From: an uncultured Clostridia bacterium
Lineage (GTDB): Bacteria; Bacillota; Clostridia; Oscillospirales; CAG-272
Direction: 5' to 3'
DNA length: 34,895 nucleotides
NCBI GenBank assembly: GCA_944384555.1
Contig: CALWTV010000267.1
Location: 1-34,895 of the forward strand
The translations under genes and the position numbers were made by a program. Below, piece after piece: positions 17,658 to 24,706 of this stretch (position 1 is the stretch's first letter; every line of letters starts with the position of its first letter). Below the pieces are notes generated by a model. That model did not search any database, was not told where the DNA came from, and was given only the letters and a program-made list of their open reading frames with translations.

Positions 17658-17900
17658 ATGAATATCTCTATTTGTGTATGCACAGCTTGCCACGTAAACG
17701 GAGCTAAGGACATTGTTGAAAAACTTCAGAATCTTGTTGCTGAAAACAATCTCGGCGATAAAGTTGAACTCAAGGCCTCTTTCTGCGACGGAGACTGCAA
17801 AGACGGAGTATATGTTACTGTTGATGGAAAGGGATTTTCGCTCACAGCAGATAAAGTAGAAGAATTTTTTAAGGTAAACGTAATCGATAAACTCGCGTAA
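17658..17900 (+). CDS. thioredoxin-like [2Fe-2S] ferredoxin (HfsA/NuoE-like small protein), copy 1
   Basis: 80 aa from ATG 17658 (AAAGGAGA RBS 7 nt upstream; the track start TTG 17652 is less likely). Cys pattern C-x4-C ... C-x3-C (CVCTAC ... CDGDC). Confidence 0.7.
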   Translation: MNISICVCTACHVNGAKDIVEKLQNLVAENNLGDKVELKASFCDGDCKDGVYVTVDGKGFSLTADKVEEFFKVNVIDKLA

Positions 17901-17913
17901 GGAGAAATTTAAG

Positions 17914-18153
17914 ATGACAATTAACGTATGTGTAGGAAGCTCATGTCATCTCAGAGGCTCTTATAAAATAATTGAGCTTATGACCGAAGCATTGAAAAAA
18001 AACGGACTCGAAGATAAGGTTGAACTCAGCGCGGCTTTCTGTCTTGGAAAATGCACTCATGGCGTGTCAATAAAGGTTGATGACGAAGTTATATGCGGCG
18101 TTTCTCCTGAGAACTTTAATGAAATTTTTGACAAGTACGTACTGAAAAAATAA
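17914..18153 (+). CDS. thioredoxin-like [2Fe-2S] ferredoxin (HfsA/NuoE-like small protein), copy 2
   Basis: 79 aa paralog of the preceding ORF. Same C-x4-C ... C-x3-C spacing (CVGSSC ... CLGKC). AAGGAGA RBS. Confidence 0.7.
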   Translation: MTINVCVGSSCHLRGSYKIIELMTEALKKNGLEDKVELSAAFCLGKCTHGVSIKVDDEVICGVSPENFNEIFDKYVLKK

Positions 18154-18203
18154 TTTAGATAAAAATTTTAAATGTTATTAAAAGTCAGAGGGGAGAATCT
18201 GAA

Positions 18204-19886
18204 TTGAATGAGTATCTGAAACTGAAAAAATCAAACTGCAAAAACTGCTACAAATGTATACGGAGCTGTCCCGTAAAATCAATAAAATTTTCTGACAATC
18301 AAGCACATATTGTAGGCGATGAATGTATTCTCTGCGGCGAATGTTTTGTTGTATGTCCGCAAAATGCTAAGGAAATACGAAATGATGTACAGACCGTAAA
18401 AAAACTTATTGCGTCCGGAACACGCGTTATCGCCAGTGTTGCACCTTCATTTACTGCAAATTACAGCGGAAGCACCATAACAGGTATGAGGAATACTCTG
18501 AAAAAGCTTGGTTTCTTTGATGCTTTTGAAACAGCGTCAGGTGCTGCCGATGTTAAAAACGCATATGACAAAATGATAGAAGAAGAAAAACAGGATGTTA
18601 TAATTTCAACCTGCTGTCATTCCATTAATCTGCTCATTCAAAAACATTATCCCGAAGCAATTAAATATCTTGCCCCTGTGATTTCTCCCATGCACGCTCA
18701 TTGTCTTGCAATAAAGAATAAATATCCCGATGCTAAAACCGTATTCATAGGACCATGTATATCTAAAAAAGCAGAAGCTGATCTGTATTCTGATGCGGTT
18801 GACTGCGCAATTACTTTTGAAGAGCTTACAGAGTGGTTGTATGATGAAAAATTAACGGTTGATTCCACTCCGGACCCTGAGGATATTAATGCTGGTAAAG
18901 CAAGAATGTTCCCGACTACGGGAGGAATTCTCAAAACTATGAAGTGCAGCAGCGAAAAGTATCAGTATCTCGCAATTGACGGGGTTATGAACTGTATAAG
19001 TGCTATAAAAGATATAATAAATGGAAATATTTCAAATTGCTTTATAGAAATGTCAGCTTGTGTAGGAAGCTGTATCGGCGGACCTGCAATGGATGAAGAT
19101 AACCGTGCTCCAGTGCGTGATTATATAGCGGTTGATAAATATTCACTTGACGGTGATTTCAAGCTTGATTTCCATGCGGCTGAAACAACTCCTAAGGAAT
19201 TCAGCTTTATAGGTGCGCGTCGTCAAATGCCGGGAAGCTCTGCAATTGCTGAAATACTAAAGAAAATGGGCAAAACTTCACCGAAACAGGAGCTTAACTG
19301 CGGCAGCTGCGGATATAATACTTGCCGTGAAAAAGCTATTGCGGTTATTAACGGAAAAGCTGATCTCACAATGTGTCTGCCATTCCTTAAAGAAAAAGCT
19401 GAGTCATTCTCAGATAATATTATTCAAAATACACCCAATGGAATTATTGTACTTAATGAAAATCTTGAGGTTCAGCAGATAAATAAGGCTGCCTGCAATA
19501 TGATAAACATTCAGAATGCTTCAGATATACTCGGAGACCAGGTAGTACGAATTCTCGACCCTCAGCCTTTCTTTGAAGTCGTTCAAACCGGACGCAATAT
19601 TCACGATAAACGTATATATCTTGCGGAATATGACTGTTATATAGAAGAAACTGTGATTTATGATAAGGAATATCATATAGTCATGTGTATGATGCGAGAT
19701 GTTACCGATGAAGAAAGACAGCGTATAAAACGTGAGAATATTTCAAAACAGACAATTGAAACTACTGATAAAGTTATTGAAAAACAAATGCGTATAGTTC
19801 AGGAAATAGCATCACTTCTCGGTGAGACCACGGCGGAAACAAAGATTGCACTTACAAAGCTAAGGGAGTCACTTAAAAATGATTAA
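18204..19886 (+). CDS. hydS: putative sensory [FeFe]-hydrogenase with C-terminal PAS domain (HydS / HfsB-like, group C architecture)
   Basis: 560 aa. It has two CxxCxxCxxxCP ferredoxin motifs and H-cluster motifs STCCH, GPCISKKAE and EMSACVGSCIGGP. A Cx2Cx4Cx16C motif (aa 366-391) and a PAS-like domain with a helical tail follow. TTG start 8 nt after GAGGGGAG. Confidence 0.85.
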   Translation: MNEYLKLKKSNCKNCYKCIRSCPVKSIKFSDNQAHIVGDECILCGECFVVCPQNAKEIRNDVQTVKKLIASGTRVIASVAPSFTANYSGSTITGMRNTLKKLGFFDAFETASGAADVKNAYDKMIEEEKQDVIISTCCHSINLLIQKHYPEAIKYLAPVISPMHAHCLAIKNKYPDAKTVFIGPCISKKAEADLYSDAVDCAITFEELTEWLYDEKLTVDSTPDPEDINAGKARMFPTTGGILKTMKCSSEKYQYLAIDGVMNCISAIKDIINGNISNCFIEMSACVGSCIGGPAMDEDNRAPVRDYIAVDKYSLDGDFKLDFHAAETTPKEFSFIGARRQMPGSSAIAEILKKMGKTSPKQELNCGSCGYNTCREKAIAVINGKADLTMCLPFLKEKAESFSDNIIQNTPNGIIVLNENLEVQQINKAACNMINIQNASDILGDQVVRILDPQPFFEVVQTGRNIHDKRIYLAEYDCYIEETVIYDKEYHIVMCMMRDVTDEERQRIKRENISKQTIETTDKVIEKQMRIVQEIASLLGETTAETKIALTKLRESLKND

Positions 19887-21057
19887 CTTATGTACCGATA
19901 TAGGCTACCACAGCCTGAATAAATTCGGAGAGCAGCTCTGCGGAGACCACGTTGATGTAGTAGAGCAGGAGGGCGATGGCAATTCTGTAATTGTAGTGCT
20001 TGCGGACGGAATGGGAAGCGGCGTAAAAGCAAGTATATTATCTACGCTGACTTCAAAAATTATTTCTACCATGATGGCGCAGTCAATGTCAATTGAAGAA
20101 TGTGTCGCAACAATTGCATCTACACTGCCGGTATGTTCGGTCAGAGGAGTTGCATATTCCACATTTACAATTATTAAAGTAACAAATAATTACGAAGCGG
20201 AAATTATACAGTACGATAATCCTCATGTAATTATGCTCAGAGACGGCAAATACTTTGATATGGAAGAAACTTCAACTAAAATTGGAGATAAGATAATATA
20301 CAAATCAAAAGTATATGTACGTGAGGGCGATACGTTTATCGCGATGAGTGACGGGGCAATTCATGCCGGAGTAGGAAAGAGTCTGAATTTTGGATGGCAG
20401 AGAGAAAACATTATTGAATTTATGGAAATGATGTATGATTCTGAATTTACTGCGAAAACGCTCTCTACAATCCTGCTTGATGAATGCAATCGCTTATATG
20501 AGAATGAGCCGGGAGACGACACTACTGTATGTACTGTTAAAATACGTCAGCGTGAATCAGTGAATTTGATGATAGGACCGCCTGCATCTCCTAATGATGT
20601 AAACAAAATGATGAGTTTGTTTTTCTCAAAAAGCGGAAAGCATATTGTTTGCGGAGGTACAACGTCGACTCTCGCCGCCGAATTTTTGGGCAAGGAAGTA
20701 AAAACAAATCTTATGTATATTGACCCTGAAATTCCTCCTACTGCGACTATTGAGGGAGTTGATTTGGTTACCGAGGGCGTAATTACAATAAATAAGGTAT
20801 TGACATATGCTCAGAGTTATCTTGCAGATAATCAGTATTATACGCATTGGGATTATAAAAAAGACGGCGCGTCACTTATATCAAAAATGCTGTTTGAAGA
20901 AGCTACCGATATAAACTTTTATGTAGGACGTGCGGTAAATCCGGCACATCAGAATCCGAATCTTCCTATAAATTTCAGTATAAAAATGCGTTTGGTAGAT
21001 GAGCTTTGCGAATGTCTTAAAAAGATGGGCAAACGGATAAAGGTAAGTTATTTTTAA
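19879..21057 (+). CDS. SpoIIE/PP2C-family serine phosphatase with C-terminal domain of unknown function (HfsC-like)
   Basis: 392 aa. PP2C metal-binding motifs LADGMGSG, AMSDGAIH and GDDTTV. The start overlaps the hydS stop by 8 nt (ATGATTAA), which suggests translational coupling. AAGGGAG RBS. Confidence 0.85.
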   Translation: MINLCTDIGYHSLNKFGEQLCGDHVDVVEQEGDGNSVIVVLADGMGSGVKASILSTLTSKIISTMMAQSMSIEECVATIASTLPVCSVRGVAYSTFTIIKVTNNYEAEIIQYDNPHVIMLRDGKYFDMEETSTKIGDKIIYKSKVYVREGDTFIAMSDGAIHAGVGKSLNFGWQRENIIEFMEMMYDSEFTAKTLSTILLDECNRLYENEPGDDTTVCTVKIRQRESVNLMIGPPASPNDVNKMMSLFFSKSGKHIVCGGTTSTLAAEFLGKEVKTNLMYIDPEIPPTATIEGVDLVTEGVITINKVLTYAQSYLADNQYYTHWDYKKDGASLISKMLFEEATDINFYVGRAVNPAHQNPNLPINFSIKMRLVDELCECLKKMGKRIKVSYF

Positions 21058-21113
21058 TTTTTCAAATATATTTAAAGAAGTGAAAGAAATATTAGTTTAT
21101 AGGGAGGAATATC

Positions 21114-21764
21114 GTGCGTAAATTTGATACGAAAGTCCAGCTTTTAAAATATAAAGTTCTAAGAGAGGTTGCGCGTCTCAGTTTTAATGACCAATTGCTT
21201 GAGCATTACAACGATATTCCCAAAATAATCGTTGAAGGAAAAACTCCTACAATGCGCTGCTGTATCTATAAGGAGCGTGCAATTGTATCAGAGCGCATTA
21301 AGCTTGCGACAGGCGGAGATAAATCTAATCCCAATGTTATTGAGGTAATAGATATAGCGTGTGATGAATGTCCGGTAGGCGGATATGAAGTCAGCGATGC
21401 TTGCCGCGGCTGTATTGCTCATCGCTGCGAAGAAGTGTGCAAGCGAAATGCGATAAAGTTTGATGAACACCAAAAGGCGCATATAGATAAATCATTATGT
21501 GTTGAATGTGGAGCCTGCGCAAAAGTTTGTCCGTACAGCGCAATTGTAAACCGCAAGCGTCCATGTGAAAATGCCTGCAAGATTAAAGCGATAAGTATGA
21601 GCGAATCCAAAGCGGCACAAATTGATAATAATAAATGTATTGCCTGCGGTGCTTGTGTATATCAGTGTCCGTTCGGCGCGATTATGGATAAATCTTTCAT
21701 AATCGACGTTGTGGACTTAATTAAAAAGACCAAAAACAATACCGCTTACAAGCATTATGCCTAA
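21114..21764 (+). CDS. N-terminal fragment of the [FeFe]-hydrogenase: poly-FeS ferredoxin-like region (216 aa)
   Basis: Contains two CxxCxxCxxxCP motifs plus additional Cys clusters. It ends at the internal TAA. Confidence 0.5.
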   Translation: MRKFDTKVQLLKYKVLREVARLSFNDQLLEHYNDIPKIIVEGKTPTMRCCIYKERAIVSERIKLATGGDKSNPNVIEVIDIACDECPVGGYEVSDACRGCIAHRCEEVCKRNAIKFDEHQKAHIDKSLCVECGACAKVCPYSAIVNRKRPCENACKIKAISMSESKAAQIDNNKCIACGACVYQCPFGAIMDKSFIIDVVDLIKKTKNNTAYKHYA

Positions 21765-21875
21765 GTTGCTCCTTCTATTTCCAGCCAGTTCACATATGCG
21801 AAATTAGGTCAGGTAATAAGCGGAATTAGAGAGCTCGGTTTCTATCATGTAATTGAGGCTGCTCTCGGTGCTGAT

Positions 21876-22547
21876 ATGGTAGCATTTGAGGAATCAAAGG
21901 AACTTGTTGAAAAAGGATTTTTGACCAGTTCATGCTGTCCGGCTTTTGTAATGTATATCGAAAAGCAGTTCCCGCAGCTTGTTGATAAAATATCACATAA
22001 TCTTTCGCCTATGGCGATGATAGCTAAATATATTAAAAAGAGTGACCCAACAGCGAAAATTGTGTTTATCGGTCCGTGTACTGCGAAAAAAGCCGAGTTT
22101 CAGAAAGAAACGGTTAGACCTTATATTGACTGCGTAATTACATTTGAAGAATTGCAGGCTCTCATTGATAGCCGTGACATTGATATAACTACACTTCAAG
22201 AAGACGTTCTTGACAATGCTTCGTATTACGGAAGAATATTTGCGAGAAGCGGTGGATTGGCTGATGCGGTAAATCAGGCATTGAAAGAGCAGGGAATTAC
22301 CGATTTCAAATATAATCCGATAGCGTGTGACGGAATCGAGGCGTGCAGAACCGCGTTATTGAAAGCTTCAAAGAATGTACTGCCAAATAACTTTATTGAA
22401 GGAATGGCTTGTATAGGAGGGTGTATAGGCGGTGCAGGTTGTCTTACACATGGTGAAAAGAATAAAGCCGAAGTCGATAAGTACGGAATGGAAGCATATG
22501 AAAAATCGATAGAGGACGCAATCGCTATTTACAAAAATATAGATTAA
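21876..22547 (+). CDS. C-terminal fragment of the [FeFe]-hydrogenase: H-cluster domain (longest ATG-initiated ORF)
   Basis: Carries the TSSCCP, GPC..KK.E and MACIGGCIGG motifs. There is no RBS before ATG 21876 and no ATG/GTG/TTG in frame between 21765 and 21875, so independent translation is doubtful. Confidence 0.4.
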   Translation: MVAFEESKELVEKGFLTSSCCPAFVMYIEKQFPQLVDKISHNLSPMAMIAKYIKKSDPTAKIVFIGPCTAKKAEFQKETVRPYIDCVITFEELQALIDSRDIDITTLQEDVLDNASYYGRIFARSGGLADAVNQALKEQGITDFKYNPIACDGIEACRTALLKASKNVLPNNFIEGMACIGGCIGGAGCLTHGEKNKAEVDKYGMEAYEKSIEDAIAIYKNID

Positions 22548-22567
22548 TTTCTAAGTGTAATAAAAAT

Positions 22568-22601
22568 AAGAGGACAATTGCTAATATGCAAAAGTCCTCT
22601 T
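22568..22601. terminator. bidirectional terminator between the hydrogenase gene (+) and mgtE (-)
   Basis: AAGAGGAC (22568-22575) pairs with GTCCTCTT (22594-22601). Both flanks are T/A-rich. Confidence 0.7.
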
Positions 22602-22616
22602 TATTAATTTAAATTT

Positions 22617-24008
22617 TTATATATGCAGAATTAAAGATGCTATTTTAAAATAAACAAGTAATGCAAGCGTGTCAACAATTGTAGTAATAAATGGACTTGC
22701 CATTACAGCGGGGTCAAATCCTATTTTTTTTGCGAAAATGGGAAGTACACAACCGGATAATTTTGAAATTAATACTACACATATTAAAGTCAAGCATACT
22801 ACAACGGCTATCTTAATAGATGTGTGGTCGATAACCATCATTTTTGCGAAATTCACAGCGGCAAGCGTAATTCCGCAGAAAAAAGCCACCACAGTTTCTT
22901 TTCCCATTATTTTAAATATATCTCTCATTCCTATTTCGCCGAGCGAGAGACCGCGTATTACAGTAACAGAAGACTGACTGCCTGCATTTCCTCCGGTATC
23001 CATAAGCATTGGAATAAACGCAGTAAGAGCTACCTGAGCCGCAAGCGCGGTTTCAAAATGAGTTAGAATTTTGCTTGTAAAAGTTGCCGATACCATAAGC
23101 AACAGCAACCATGGAATTCGCTTTCTAAAAGTTTCAAAAACGCCTGTTTTTATATATGATTTTTCAGTTGGAGTAATTGCCGCCATCATTTCAATGTCTT
23201 CATTGACTTCATCAGTCATTACGTCCATTGCATCATCTACGGTAATTATTCCTACAAGACGATTTTCATTGTCAACTACAGGAAGTGCTAAAAAATCATA
23301 TTTGCTGAATATATTTGCGACATTTTCTTTATCTTCAAGCGTTGTTACTGAAATAACGTTTTTCTCCATTATTTCTTCAATCAATACATCATCTTCGGAT
23401 AAAAGCAAGTCTTTTGCGGTAACAAGTCCGATAAGCTTGCGTTTTTCATCGGTGACATAACATGTATAGATTGTTTCTTTATCTACGCCGGTACTGCGGA
23501 TTTTTGAAAAAGCCTCACTTATTGTCATAGCTGCTTTCAATTCCACAAATTCGATTGTCATAATCGAACCAGCACTGTCTTTAGGATAGTGCAGTATCTG
23601 GTTTATTACCCCGCGCATTTCCGAATCAGTATGAGCCAATATTCTTGTAACTACATTTGCCGGCATTTCTTCAATTAAATCAACCGTATCATCGACAAAT
23701 AATTCATCAATTACTTCTTCAAGCTCACGGTCATTGAATACGTCAATCAAAAATTTCTGCATAACGCTGTCCATCTCAACAAATGTCTGAGCAGCAAGTT
23801 CTTTAGGAAGCAATCTGAAAACAATTAAAATTTTATCTTCCGGTAAATTTTCCATTACAAGCGCGATGTCCTTTGGATGAATATCGCAAAGCAACTGACG
23901 TAAATCTTTTAATTTCTTTTCTTCAAGCAGATTATTCGCTTTTTCAGAAATTTCCTCGATATCATTGATATCGGTAAATGCAGTTGATAAAATCATCATT
24001 TCTTCCAT
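22617..24008 (-). CDS. mgtE: magnesium transporter MgtE
   Basis: N-domain (HPKDIA), tandem CBS domains, and a C-terminal 5-TM MgtE domain (DTGGNAGSQS). The likely start is the ATG at 24008 (MEEMMILS...). The track's 26-codon upstream extension overlaps a leader hairpin. Confidence 0.9.
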   Translation of the reverse strand: MEEMMILSTAFTDINDIEEISEKANNLLEEKKLKDLRQLLCDIHPKDIALVMENLPEDKILIVFRLLPKELAAQTFVEMDSVMQKFLIDVFNDRELEEVIDELFVDDTVDLIEEMPANVVTRILAHTDSEMRGVINQILHYPKDSAGSIMTIEFVELKAAMTISEAFSKIRSTGVDKETIYTCYVTDEKRKLIGLVTAKDLLLSEDDVLIEEIMEKNVISVTTLEDKENVANIFSKYDFLALPVVDNENRLVGIITVDDAMDVMTDEVNEDIEMMAAITPTEKSYIKTGVFETFRKRIPWLLLLMVSATFTSKILTHFETALAAQVALTAFIPMLMDTGGNAGSQSSVTVIRGLSLGEIGMRDIFKIMGKETVVAFFCGITLAAVNFAKMMVIDHTSIKIAVVVCLTLICVVLISKLSGCVLPIFAKKIGFDPAVMASPFITTIVDTLALLVYFKIASLILHI

Positions 24009-24011
24009 TTT

Positions 24012-24335
24012 GTTGTTACTGCCCTCAATTTTTAAAATACTGAGAGCAGCCCCTCCTTTCAATTTAATGTGTAATGTTAGATTCAATCAGAACCTAATTC
24101 AAACACGCAATTTAGCAGATATGACGGAGAACCGTCCATACCCAAGGAAGGGGACAATTTGTGAAAGTCCAAAACTTGCGCAGTAATCTATTTAATTTTC
24201 AAAAAAGCAAACCAAACAGACGTCCTGCGGTCTGCAATAAAGTGCGGAGCACGGAAAAATATTATTGCAATTTGACATACACAATCGCCCTTTGGGTTTA
24301 CTGCTGCCTGCGTCCATTTGATTCACTCCTTTTCT
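24012..24335 (-). promoter_or_regulatory. structured 5' leader of mgtE (unclassified candidate riboswitch/attenuator)
   Basis: A GC-enriched block sits in an otherwise AT-rich 620-nt intergenic region. It has nested long-range complementarity (24097-24179 with 24267-24315) and local hairpins. A U-G pair in the SD-sequestering hairpin (24019-24049) fits the minus-strand RNA only. Confidence 0.4.
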
Positions 24336-24455
24336 ATAATTTCATTTTAATTCAATATAAAAAACAATGTATATGATTTTTATATTCTATAATTATTATA
24401 TATTTTTACCTTATATAAATCAAGTAATATGAATTAATTTTAGTTATAAAATTTT

Positions 24456-24498
24456 CAAAAAAACAAGAGCCGATATATGTTTATAATAACATATCGGC
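24456..24498 (-). terminator. rho-independent terminator downstream of the GNAT gene
   Basis: GCCGATAT (24469-24476) pairs with ATATCGGC (24491-24498). On the minus strand the stem is followed by TCTTGTTTTTTTG. Confidence 0.7.
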
Positions 24499-24706
24499 AT
24501 TATGAATATTTATTTTTTATTAATTTATTAATTTGATATATGAAAATCGTCTTGTAACTTTTTGAAAGTGCTTATACAATTGCTTGAAAAACCTATATTT
24601 TCAATTGTTTTCCTGCTTATATCGACATATAAATTGTTTACGTATACAGCAATAATACATATTTCTGTTTATCAGAAATATTCCTAATTCTTGATCTAAT
24701 TAGAAT

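Larger units (their letters stand above)
21114..22547 (+). pseudogene. monomeric [FeFe]-hydrogenase (HfsD/HydA-like) interrupted by one in-frame TAA at 21762-21764
   Basis: ORFs 21114-21764 and 21876-22547 share a reading frame. The 37 codons between them (VAPSISSQFTYAKLGQVISGIRELGFYHVIEAALGAD) are open and look like conserved hydrogenase sequence. All H-cluster motifs lie downstream of the stop (TSSCCPAFV, GPCTAKKAE, EGMACIGGCIGGAG). GTG start with an AGGGAGGA RBS. Confidence 0.7.

Noticed and set aside
21762-21764. TAA read as a sense codon (alternative genetic code), or as selenocysteine or pyrrolysine.
   Set aside because: TAA terminates many well-defined genes in this window (for example at 1197-1199 and 3647-3649). 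Sec and Pyl use TGA and TAG, not TAA.
21876-22547. Treating the H-cluster ORF as an independently translated gene, that is a natural two-subunit split.
   Set aside because: ATG 21876 has no RBS, and conserved-looking sequence extends 37 codons upstream in the same frame right up to the TAA. The ORF would also lack the beginning of the H-domain.
24009-24086. 26-codon N-terminal extension of mgtE in the ORF track (MNLTLHIKLKGGAALSILKIEGSNNK).
   Set aside because: The extension covers the SD-like AAAGGAGGGG and the 9-bp hairpin, and I do not recall such an extension in MgtE N-termini. The ATG at 24008 gives the usual N-domain start.
24087-24335. Calling the mgtE leader an M-box (ykoK) riboswitch, or an RNase P, SRP, 6S or ydaO element.
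   Set aside because: I could not find the conserved M-box blocks on either strand. GAAAGUCC (plus strand) and GGAGUGAAUC (minus strand) are isolated short matches to RNase P and ydaO motifs without the rest of those consensus sequences. The element is left unclassified pending a covariance-model search.
24161-24376. 71-aa plus-strand ORF in the mgtE upstream region.
   Set aside because: It has no RBS and an implausible composition. It overlaps the GC-rich block, which is better explained as structured RNA on the minus strand.
24601-24660. 19-codon Cys-rich minus-strand sORF (MYYCCIRKQFICRYKQENN) in the 200-nt stretch between the GNAT stop and its terminator.
   Set aside because: It has no Shine-Dalgarno within range and is very short. 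There is nothing to separate it from chance in AT-rich sequence. The long 3' region itself is noted but unexplained.
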